A DNA stretch of 53,167 nucleotides from a virus (Duplodnaviria; Caudoviricetes). Below, one piece after another: positions 43,685 through 51,738 of this stretch. Made by a program: the position numbers and the translations under genes. The stretch spans positions 1 through 53,167 of the IMG/VR virus record IMGVR_UViG_3300025120_000073. One strand, written 5' to 3'. Under the pieces are notes generated by a model, which was given only the letters and a program-made list of their open reading frames with translations, was not told the DNA's origin and did no database searches. Position 1 is the first letter of the stretch; each line of letters starts with the position of its first letter.

Positions 43685-44067
43685 TATTTTTTCCCCATAA
43701 ATTGTTTACCGCCACGGATTCCTATAGCCGCACTGCATACAGCAAAAACTAACCAAGTATACCACTCTGGGAGTTCAGACAAACGATCAAAGCCGTTTTT
43801 TACAACATTCTCTAGACCCGGTATGAAGCATAAAATAACTGGAATCATTACAACAATAGTTATAAATTCGTCTTTCCACGAGTTCTTGGTGCTTTCTGCC
43901 ATTATTCTTTCCCAATCGGCAGTCGAGGTCTCTTTTGACATTAAAATGGCTGCTTTTGATTCCGCCTCTACAAGCTTTAGCTTTGTGTTTGCGGTGGCTT
44001 TGTCAGCTTTACCTTGCAAATAACTACTTGCAAGGTTTGCTATTGGTCCTATTAACTGTCCTATCAT
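43684..44067 (-). CDS. putative holin (GTA 3TM-holin-like)
   Basis: SWKDEF followed by two hydrophobic helices, LPEWY, basic C-terminus; in the lysis cassette. Confidence 0.7.
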   Translation of the reverse strand: MIGQLIGPIANLASSYLQGKADKATANTKLKLVEAESKAAILMSKETSTADWERIMAESTKNSWKDEFITIVVMIPVILCFIPGLENVVKNGFDRLSELPEWYTWLVFAVCSAAIGIRGGKQFMGKK

Positions 44068-44369
44068 TTGTTAGATCCCATGTTTGTAAAACCAAAATAT
44101 GCTGCGGTTACACCCGACACAGCAACTACATACACTGCGGCTATATCTGCAAGTAAGTTTGAGGCTTGTTCCAACCCTAGCCAAGAAGACATGACGATTG
44201 CGAAAGGATATAAAACCATGCCACTTAAAGCAAACCACGTCATCCGTAGTTGTGCGTCGCGCTTTGCGTCGGCATCTTCCATCATACGGCGGCGATCTTC
44301 GAGCATTATCTGACGCTCATCTGGATCAATCTTGCCGTTATCGTTTAGATCGTAGTCCTTTTTGGGCAT
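44064..44369 (-). CDS. 2-TM membrane protein with EF-hand-like loop
   Basis: DLNDNGKIDPDE, then two transmembrane segments. Confidence 0.7.
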   Translation of the reverse strand: MPKKDYDLNDNGKIDPDERQIMLEDRRRMMEDADAKRDAQLRMTWFALSGMVLYPFAIVMSSWLGLEQASNLLADIAAVYVVAVSGVTAAYFGFTNMGSNK

Positions 44370-44547
44370 TTGCGTAATCCTGTACTATTTTTCTATCGTA
44401 TCCTAGTATAATTAACTTACCATTTTTATCATAGGCTGCAAACTTCTTTCCATGTTCTACTATTGTTGGCTGTTCACTTCTAGGCAAGTCACCTTCATTG
44501 AGTTGTGCGTTACTAGTATTTGTGCTTTTTTTGCTTGCTCTAGGCAT
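44338..44547 (-). CDS. small hypothetical protein, start uncertain
   Basis: Fills the gap in the operon but overlaps the upstream ORF by about 90 nt. Confidence 0.4.
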   Translation of the reverse strand: MPRASKKSTNTSNAQLNEGDLPRSEQPTIVEHGKKFAAYDKNGKLIILGYDRKIVQDYANAQKGLRSKR

Positions 44548-44633
44548 TGTTCTTTATCCGAAAATGTGCCGATCTGATAATACTGCAAGCGATCTGTACT
44601 GATAAAATGTAAAAAAACCAAAACATAAATCAT
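44460..44633 (-). CDS. small putative secreted/membrane protein
   Basis: MIYVLVFLHF start (ATGA overlap); FSDKEQC..VTCL. Confidence 0.6.
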   Translation of the reverse strand: MIYVLVFLHFISTDRLQYYQIGTFSDKEQCLEQAKKAQILVTHNSMKVTCLEVNSQQ

Positions 44634-45094
44634 GGAAAATAATCCCAAACATCAACCCAACCCATATAATGCAAGTACCCTGCTGCTCCTATAAATGTCA
44701 TAATAAGGAGTACAATTATACCTACTATTGTAACCATTAATTCCTGTTGTTGTATAGCATCGCGCCTTGCCTGTGCTTCGGCCTCACGCTTCTCTGCTAA
44801 GACCTCTCTCCTAATTTTTAAAAGCTCTAAGTACTTTGATCTTCCGTAGGTTTGAGTGATCCACTCTTTGAGTTCTTCTTCAGCTTCTGCAGCCTGTCTA
44901 AGTTTCGCCCAACGATCCAACGCCGTAGCATTCGAGCTTTTTGCTGATATACCTTTTTTCTGTAGCGTTTTCTTAGCTTGGTCAGTTGCGTCAAAGAATT
45001 GTCCTATCTGTTTGCTAAGACCAGCTATGGATTTTCCAGTTTGGAGGCCTAACTTTATGCCGCTAAGAACCGTGATAGGATCGACCATGATCAC
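44630..45094 (-). CDS. coiled-coil protein with C-terminal TM
   Basis: DPITVL N-terminus; IVGIIVLLIMTFIGAA. Confidence 0.75.
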   Translation of the reverse strand: MIMVDPITVLSGIKLGLQTGKSIAGLSKQIGQFFDATDQAKKTLQKKGISAKSSNATALDRWAKLRQAAEAEEELKEWITQTYGRSKYLELLKIRREVLAEKREAEAQARRDAIQQQELMVTIVGIIVLLIMTFIGAAGYLHYMGWVDVWDYFP

Positions 45095-45486
45095 ATTCCA
45101 TCGCGTCTGCTAAACTCTACTGTTTTCTCTAAGATTGCTATCCTAGATTGCAGCTTAATGATCTCCATCATATGAGCCGCCATGCCGCCCATGTCTTCGT
45201 TAATCATATCTATATCTTGCCAAATCTCATTGTCTGCATCTTCCATGTCTTCATAGACCTCTGACAGAATATCAATAATTTCTTGAAGGTTATCAGTATT
45301 ACGCTGCACATCTCTGATTAGATTAGTCTTATCAGTAGCGTTGTTCTCAACAGTTAATATATTTACTGTCTCTTCAAGGTTAGATATTGTACTAGCTTGC
45401 TGAGCAGTCCACCAAATAAATCCACCGATCTGGGCTATAACAACCCCGACTACAGCAATACTCACTTTTGGTAACTTATCAGACAT
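45091..45486 (-). CDS. N-terminal TM + coiled-coil protein
   Basis: IAVVGVVIAQIGGFIWW followed by heptads; head of the lysis region. Confidence 0.75.
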   Translation of the reverse strand: MSDKLPKVSIAVVGVVIAQIGGFIWWTAQQASTISNLEETVNILTVENNATDKTNLIRDVQRNTDNLQEIIDILSEVYEDMEDADNEIWQDIDMINEDMGGMAAHMMEIIKLQSRIAILEKTVEFSRRDGM

Positions 45487-45546
45487 TGCAATACGCTCTT
45501 ATAAATTTATCAAATATTATACTTGTATATTTTAAAAAGTCTATCA

Positions 45547-46137
45547 TCAGCCTTTACCTATAGATATTAAAAAAGCTTCTGGATTATGTTGCTCAGCAAC
45601 ATTTGGTATGTGAGCGTAACATTGATCGGTAGGGCCATCTCTGTAACTAAACAATCTGGGGGCTATAAATCCTAGCCTTTCGCACAAATCCCAAGGTTCA
45701 TTTGAACCTTTCCAGACTTCTCTATCGTTTGAAAACCATTCATTTTGTGTATCAATATAATCACCATTTGGGGTTTTTCTAATTATCTTAAAAAAGGGAA
45801 TATTAGGGTATGCTTTTGTTCTTTGATGCATATAGTGTTTGATAATTGTAATATTATTGTTTTCATCCAAATAATATCCTTTTCCAAATTCAGGATTTAG
45901 ATCATCATTTTGGATGTAAATTCTATTTTCATCTGTGCCTAGGCTATCTAGATCCAACCAATGATATTGATCATCTGACGCTATGTTAGCAGTATACTCA
46001 TAGCCAAACTCTGCTGCTAAGTGCTTTGCGTGATCTTTATTAACAACACCTATTACAAGTGACGTAACTCTATTACGGCAAGCATAAACTGCTTTATGAG
46101 CTATTTTCCATTGTGTGTTTGTTAGTGTTCTAGGCAT
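45547..46137 (-). CDS. hypothetical protein, paralogue of 49692-50240
   Basis: Shared blocks such as DLDSLGTDENRIYI and GYYLDENNNITIIKHY. Confidence 0.75.
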   Translation of the reverse strand: MPRTLTNTQWKIAHKAVYACRNRVTSLVIGVVNKDHAKHLAAEFGYEYTANIASDDQYHWLDLDSLGTDENRIYIQNDDLNPEFGKGYYLDENNNITIIKHYMHQRTKAYPNIPFFKIIRKTPNGDYIDTQNEWFSNDREVWKGSNEPWDLCERLGFIAPRLFSYRDGPTDQCYAHIPNVAEQHNPEAFLISIGKG

Positions 46138-46967
46138 TAATTAAAACTCGTAGTAAAATACATTATACCCGCAGTAAGTCCATTATTGGAGGTACTGACA
46201 ATAGATCCCCATTGAGACAGAATAGCAATATCACCATAAGTAAAGGGGCTACCGTTAGCATTCAAGAGGTTAAATCCCGTTCGATCGTCAGCCATCAGTC
46301 CTACATGGTTATTGCTGTCTGTATAGCCTGTCATGCCATTTGCACCATTCGATTGAAGGTCTAGACTAGGATTATAGACCGTTGCTGAACCCCAGTTTGA
46401 ACCTGACAAAGCCCCGCCAGATTGGGCTTCCCAATAAGTAAGTACCCCTTCAGGACCATACCCATCACCTCCATCTCTTACAACTGCTACATGATGATGT
46501 TCGTGACCACTTGCGTCTTGTACTTTTGCAGGGCTTTGCATTCTATAGCCAGAAGGTGACCGACCTAATGATGCATAAGTAGTCTGACCACCAATGGTCA
46601 TATGCCTGTACCGAACATCGACATTTGCGTCATCATTGGTGGTATAATGTACATTTGCTTGCCCCCCAACATTAAGTGAGCCATCTGGATTATAAAACGG
46701 GTACGCTGTGCCACTGTTAGGATACGGAGTATAAAAATATGCTGTGTTATTAGCACTAGTCCCTACTGTGGTATTGTTATCGGCTGTGAATGGAGGAATT
46801 GACGAAGCTCCAAAATAATCTGATATAGAATTGGACGCATTTAAGCCCTTGCTTATTAAGCCTCTGACATCTGTTTCATTCAAAGAGACTGTAGATCCAC
46901 TTGTCCCGCCCACTTCAACGTGAATTTGATTTAAGCTTAACGTATTTCCAGAAGCAGGTAAGGTCAT
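46137..46967 (-). CDS. putative tail-fibre tip / adhesin
   Basis: N-terminus MTLPASGNTLSLNQI shared with 50247-50963; G/S/T/N-rich variable body. Confidence 0.6.
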   Translation of the reverse strand: MTLPASGNTLSLNQIHVEVGGTSGSTVSLNETDVRGLISKGLNASNSISDYFGASSIPPFTADNNTTVGTSANNTAYFYTPYPNSGTAYPFYNPDGSLNVGGQANVHYTTNDDANVDVRYRHMTIGGQTTYASLGRSPSGYRMQSPAKVQDASGHEHHHVAVVRDGGDGYGPEGVLTYWEAQSGGALSGSNWGSATVYNPSLDLQSNGANGMTGYTDSNNHVGLMADDRTGFNLLNANGSPFTYGDIAILSQWGSIVSTSNNGLTAGIMYFTTSFN

Positions 46968-47194
46968 TAGGTAGAGCCACTAATCTTCTCAGGTGCTGTT
47001 ACTGATATTGTAGTTTTTCTTACTTCACTGCCTGTCCAAGTCTCTCCACAATCTGGACAATCTCCATCAGGATAAGATGCAATCTCTGCAGGTGTATCTA
47101 CCTCGTTTCCGCAATTTGCACACTTTACTACATCCGTAGATGAAGAAGGTGACCATTTTGAGCCATCAGGCATATTTATTACTGTGTCAGACAT
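46967..47194 (-). CDS. small zinc-ribbon protein
   Basis: CANC..CPDC. Confidence 0.7.
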   Translation of the reverse strand: MSDTVINMPDGSKWSPSSSTDVVKCANCGNEVDTPAEIASYPDGDCPDCGETWTGSEVRKTTISVTAPEKISGST

Positions 47195-47203
47195 AATAAC
47201 TCC

Positions 47204-47758
47204 TTATGTTATACTAACTGTTACCCCACCCACGCCAGAACTAGCAGACGCAGCAGTTCCAGTCAAAGAATAGGCAGATGCTGTAGTCACAGAACCCGCT
47301 GCAGAAGTAGCAGTCGCGGTTGTACCTGCAATAGTATATGTACTCTCTATATTAACGGCACTAACCTGCCCCTGACCTGTAAAGAATACTGGTTGCTCTA
47401 TTTCTGCAGAAGCATCAAATGTAGCTACAGTACCCACCTGTCCTATACCAGACCTAAAAAACTCAATATTTACTGGCACTGTTACATTAGGATCAATGGT
47501 AATTCTAACTTCACCTGTAGAAAGCATCCACATATCGCCCGGTTGCAGACCTGCAGCATAGGCTTCTACATTGTTAGCAAACTGCCTTATACCACCACCT
47601 TCTGGTAATAAGTTTAACTCGTTGGCTGTAAGCTTGCCCGGATTTGACAGTTGTTCCTGAAATAGAGAAAAAGACCTAACCAACTCACGCATGTAGTTTG
47701 GATCATAGTCTTTTGGCGGTACACCAAAGAAGTATCTTGGTAGTGGGTTGTCTGCCAT
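47204..47758 (-). CDS. putative tail needle / tail-associated protein
   Basis: PPKDYDPNYMRELVRSF helix directly after the nozzle gene; C-terminal S/A/T/G repeats. Confidence 0.55.
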   Translation of the reverse strand: MADNPLPRYFFGVPPKDYDPNYMRELVRSFSLFQEQLSNPGKLTANELNLLPEGGGIRQFANNVEAYAAGLQPGDMWMLSTGEVRITIDPNVTVPVNIEFFRSGIGQVGTVATFDASAEIEQPVFFTGQGQVSAVNIESTYTIAGTTATATSAAGSVTTASAYSLTGTAASASSGVGGVTVSIT

Positions 47759-49680
47759 TATCTCTTACCATCAGGCCGAATATCTAATCTATTTAATCCT
47801 GTTCTCCACGTTGTGCCTACTTGATCAGAACTTATTTTTATAGCTATAGATCTTCCTCTAACTCTAAGGTCTACTTTTTCTGTATATTGCTCTATAGGAA
47901 CAGAAGCTGATTTTACGATGTTTGCTGTATCAGAGCTTACTTGTAGGCCACCATTGTAATTAAAAGCATCTACAGTAAAATCTACTTGAGGTGCTGAATT
48001 AGTGCTGTTTCTAAAAGTCACATCTGGAATTAACCTTCGAACATAACTAAACACCTCTCCATCGCCCAAGTCTATAGGCGCAGATTGTATAAAAGATTCT
48101 ATAGCAACAGGAGCTGCTCCGCTTTGATCATCTGCCTCATATTCGTGATTATATAATATCCCATCTGTACCTGCAGCTACAGGATAATCTGTTACCCCTC
48201 GATCAACCCACGCAGTCCTGTTTAATGTGCCGTAATACCAAATGTTAGCATCGTAATTGTAGACAACATACTTATCCACATCATTGCTAGTTAGAGATGG
48301 GTAAAACCACCATATTTCTTGATAACCAGAGTTAACCCCAACAAATATTTTTTCTAACTGATCGTCATTTATATCTCTTAAAATCTTCTCTCTCACGGTA
48401 CAATCTAGTTGATTGACGTTACCATTATAAACATAGAACTGATCTTTACCCATCCAGTATACAGCGTCACCAATAGCAACAGCAGCGTTAGGACTTCTAA
48501 TGGTTATGTTCTCTGATATTCTATTAATACCAAAAGTATATGGCGGGCCTATAAACTGCATTGAGTGCAAGGCTTGGTCTGTAAACACAAGTATTTCTTG
48601 TCTTGTCTCAACAGCTTGAATTATCGCTGTACCAGAACCTATGCGAAGATCTCCTGCTGTGTTGGTAGTCAAGGGTCTCCAGTCTGCAGGGTTCTCTTGT
48701 GCTGAGAACCTAATAAGCAAAGGATCTTGTACGTTAGATCCAAGTGGGTTGCACCCAAAAGCAATAACGTGCCTATCCACATCTGATACTATTACTTGTT
48801 TAGCTACGATGGGAGAATCTTGAGCGCCATTTAAATCTTTTAAGAAAATACCTCTTTGTGAAGCACCTCCAGATGCATCCCAGTAGAATATAGGGCCGTT
48901 CCTTATATTATAAATAAGATCTTCCCCAAACGTATCGTGTTGCCACAGACGCAAAGTTTCAGACTGAACCACGATTGTTGCTCTTGAGTTCCAAGCCCCT
49001 CTAGACCAAACACCTGCACCCCAACCATTACCAAACAATGTAACGTCCACACCAGTCTGTATCTGGTAAGCACCTACAGTAGAGCCACCTCCAGTATTTG
49101 TGTCACCTGATGTAGCAGTCACTAAAGCAGCACTGTCATCTATGACTCCACCCTCATAGTATTGATTTACAGTTGTGGTCGCTGCTCTTGCATTAATTGT
49201 GTACGTGCCTGTCGTTGGTGCAGTTTGAATTTGATATTCCTGATTGAGGACAGCCGCAGTCATAGCACCGCCTAAACTAGCAGCTCCGCTAAAAGTAACA
49301 AAGTCACCTTCTCTAGCACCATGATTAGTGTCACTTACAGTTATAACGCTACTGCCCTGAGACGCGGAGAAGGTTACATCACCCGCACCTGTTGTTTCTC
49401 TAATAGGTGTGATGTCATAAAATACACCACCATCTTCTACAAAATACTTTAAAGAAGTGCCGATACCGATGAGGTTGTCTCTATCTAACGTAGTCCACTG
49501 CTTCATGGCACGAGCAGCGCCTATAAATTGATTGTCACCCTTTTTAGCCCAACCACCTATTTTTTCTGGATGACCTTCTCTAAATCGTATTTTGTTACCA
49601 TCATTCCAACCGTTTTCATTGGCATAATCAGGAAGCTCCGTGTTTATACCGGGCCTAAATTGCATTTTTTGTAGTACCAT
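47758..49680 (-). CDS. putative tail nozzle / stabilization protein (P22 gp10-like)
   Basis: 640 aa beta-propeller-like; FRPGIN, PEKIGGW, DPLLIRFS, VYWMG, LRVRGR, DIRPDGKR. Confidence 0.7.
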   Translation of the reverse strand: MVLQKMQFRPGINTELPDYANENGWNDGNKIRFREGHPEKIGGWAKKGDNQFIGAARAMKQWTTLDRDNLIGIGTSLKYFVEDGGVFYDITPIRETTGAGDVTFSASQGSSVITVSDTNHGAREGDFVTFSGAASLGGAMTAAVLNQEYQIQTAPTTGTYTINARAATTTVNQYYEGGVIDDSAALVTATSGDTNTGGGSTVGAYQIQTGVDVTLFGNGWGAGVWSRGAWNSRATIVVQSETLRLWQHDTFGEDLIYNIRNGPIFYWDASGGASQRGIFLKDLNGAQDSPIVAKQVIVSDVDRHVIAFGCNPLGSNVQDPLLIRFSAQENPADWRPLTTNTAGDLRIGSGTAIIQAVETRQEILVFTDQALHSMQFIGPPYTFGINRISENITIRSPNAAVAIGDAVYWMGKDQFYVYNGNVNQLDCTVREKILRDINDDQLEKIFVGVNSGYQEIWWFYPSLTSNDVDKYVVYNYDANIWYYGTLNRTAWVDRGVTDYPVAAGTDGILYNHEYEADDQSGAAPVAIESFIQSAPIDLGDGEVFSYVRRLIPDVTFRNSTNSAPQVDFTVDAFNYNGGLQVSSDTANIVKSASVPIEQYTEKVDLRVRGRSIAIKISSDQVGTTWRTGLNRLDIRPDGKR

Positions 49681-49691
49681 CTAATAAACCC

Positions 49692-50240
49692 TCAATAAAC
49701 AGACACTTTTATGTAACTTTGATCTTTATCTTTTCTTTTAGAGTATAATATTAAAAAATTATTATCTGAAGCAATTTTTTCCAAGCTGTCGGCAAGTGAG
49801 CTATCGCCACCCCAGTCTGATCTAGAGCCGACAACCTCTACTTCGTCTACAGATATTACATCACCATTGGCTTCATACCTGTCTATTAAGGCATCGGTAG
49901 TATCAGTTCTTTTATATATCTTTTTTTGCACTACGTCTTTGTTACTAGAAAAGTAATATCCTAATATAGACTCATCATTAGATCTAGAGTTTAAATACAC
50001 TCTAAGTTTATCTGTTCCAATAGTACTTAGATCTACTGCGTATCTTTCTGTATTGTATATTTCTACAGGTAAGTTCCCAACCAAAGACCTTAATGTTTTT
50101 ATATTGTCAGTTACTAAAGTTACACTCTCAATTTTGTTTCTATAGCAGTATATAAGTTCTGTTGTTTTATTTAATATCTGTGAATCTAAATCCTTAGTTG
50201 ATGGATGAAGATGAGCAAATAATTTTCCTATATAAGACAT
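49692..50240 (-). CDS. hypothetical protein, paralogue of 45547-46137
   Basis: DLSTIGTDKLRVYL, GYYFSSNKDVVQKKIY, DQSY; AT-rich gene. Confidence 0.75.
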   Translation of the reverse strand: MSYIGKLFAHLHPSTKDLDSQILNKTTELIYCYRNKIESVTLVTDNIKTLRSLVGNLPVEIYNTERYAVDLSTIGTDKLRVYLNSRSNDESILGYYFSSNKDVVQKKIYKRTDTTDALIDRYEANGDVISVDEVEVVGSRSDWGGDSSLADSLEKIASDNNFLILYSKRKDKDQSYIKVSVY

Positions 50241-50246
50241 TTTATC

Positions 50247-50963
50247 TTAACTCGTTAATGTTAAAGTTCCATTAGATGTAAAAGGATGTACGTTACTACC
50301 AACAACAATTTGCACAAATCCACCCGCTCCGTTACCACCTGCGTGATTTCCTCCAGTACCTCCCGCTCCTGCAGACCCAATAGTTATCGTAAGGGTCGTG
50401 CCGCTTACAACAGTAGCTGTACCCGTTTGTCGGCTTGAGGCATCTCCACCCTCTCCTCCTCCGCCTGAACTATCGAATTTACTAGGAGAGTCTCCTCCAC
50501 CCCCCGCACCACCTGCACCGTAGTGAGATGCTGTGGCTGAAGCTCCTGCAACGCCATTGGGAGTACCTACTGGCCCTGCACCATAGTATGAAGTATCACC
50601 CTCCCTGCCTACGGGTGTATTCCAAGAAATGGTGGCATGTGTTCCACCCTGCGCTCCAGATGAAGTTATAGTTGTAAGGCCAGAAGCTGTTATACTTGAA
50701 TTTCCTCCACTCCCTGCTCTAGCAGAAGAGCCATAGCCATCTTCTAAGCCGTAGCCTCCACCTCCACCTCCACCTATAATTTCGTAAGTAAAACTTACAG
50801 CGTTTGCTGTACCATAGAAATCACTTACAGAAATAGTATTACCAGAAGCAGGTATGCCCGAAGCGGCAGAAAAGTACTCAGATATATTTATAGGATTAGT
50901 ACCCCCAAACTCACCTTGAATTTGGTTAAGGCTTAGTGAGTTTCCAGATGATGGCAGAGCCAT
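50247..50963 (-). CDS. glycine-rich tail-fibre adhesin-like protein
   Basis: MALPSSGNSLSLNQI N-terminus; IIGGGGGGG, GAGGAGGGG, ITIGSAGAGG, GGNGAGGFV. Confidence 0.7.
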   Translation of the reverse strand: MALPSSGNSLSLNQIQGEFGGTNPINISEYFSAASGIPASGNTISVSDFYGTANAVSFTYEIIGGGGGGGYGLEDGYGSSARAGSGGNSSITASGLTTITSSGAQGGTHATISWNTPVGREGDTSYYGAGPVGTPNGVAGASATASHYGAGGAGGGGDSPSKFDSSGGGGEGGDASSRQTGTATVVSGTTLTITIGSAGAGGTGGNHAGGNGAGGFVQIVVGSNVHPFTSNGTLTLTS

Positions 50964-51700
50964 TAGGGAGACCCAAAGGCTGTCACATCATTTGCGGCTA
51001 CTGTGGCTCCCGAAGATGATATACTATACTTAACAACACCGTTGTGAGCAAAAACCAATTTACCCCCTACCTCATCTATAGTCCACGCTCCAAAGTCTAC
51101 TAGACCCGCCTGAACTTCACCGCCACTTCCGTAGATAACAGCTTTTGAGCCAACAACAGTGTTTACCACCGCCCCATCTAAAAGGTTTAAGTCTGCGGCT
51201 TCTAATGAGGCGCTAACACCGTCTAAGGTATTAAGTTCTGCAGCAGAGGATGTAACAGCAGTTCCGTTTTGTTTAAGCTGACCTGCTTGCGAGTCGTCTA
51301 TAAGATTAACAACATCATTACTACCGTCAGCATATATGATTGCAAAAGAACCCGTGGCTACGCTCGCTGTAGTCGCTCCAGATCCTTGAGTAAATGTAAC
51401 TGTTTTGGTTGCATCGTTCTTTACATAGTAAACCTTCTGTGCATCTGCGGGGAGTATGCTGATAGTATGAGTTGCTGCTAGAGTTCCGCTACAAAGAAGG
51501 ACTTTGTTTTGCCCGTCTGATGTTGAACCATTATTTGTTGTAAGATTACTAGATGTTCCTGAAAGGCTCAACGAAACAACGCCATTAATTGCGCGATCAA
51601 GTATATCACTATTTGTATTTACGGTTATACCCCAAGAACCAGACTGCTCACCCTGTGCGGGCTTCTCTATACCCGTGTTCGTTGTGAATGTACTAGGCAT
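50963..51700 (-). CDS. putative tail fibre protein
   Basis: MPSTFT..GEQSGSWGITVNTN..LDRAING N-terminus; SAAELNTLDG repeats; DVTAFGSP end. Confidence 0.65.
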   Translation of the reverse strand: MPSTFTTNTGIEKPAQGEQSGSWGITVNTNSDILDRAINGVVSLSLSGTSSNLTTNNGSTSDGQNKVLLCSGTLAATHTISILPADAQKVYYVKNDATKTVTFTQGSGATTASVATGSFAIIYADGSNDVVNLIDDSQAGQLKQNGTAVTSSAAELNTLDGVSASLEAADLNLLDGAVVNTVVGSKAVIYGSGGEVQAGLVDFGAWTIDEVGGKLVFAHNGVVKYSISSSGATVAANDVTAFGSP

Positions 51701-51718
51701 GTTACTCTCCTATAAAAA

Positions 51719-51730
51719 GTTCAATTGAAC
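51719..51730. repeat. dispersed palindrome, copy 14
   Basis: Exact copy just upstream of the AGGAG RBS of the tail fibre gene. Confidence 0.95.
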
Positions 51731-51738
51731 TTATTTTA

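Noticed and set aside
46137-50963. Diversity-generating retroelement or invertible tail-fibre switch
   Set aside because: No reverse transcriptase, invertase or near-identical TR/VR pair seen; the two adhesin genes share only a short diverged N-terminus and have the same orientation.
1473-51730. Palindrome as CRISPR repeats, REP/IS ends or a restriction site
   Set aside because: Copies are kilobases apart with no spacer array, transposase or target duplications. The CAATTG core is a restriction-type hexamer, but such sites are usually avoided and conservation here extends to 12 bp or more.
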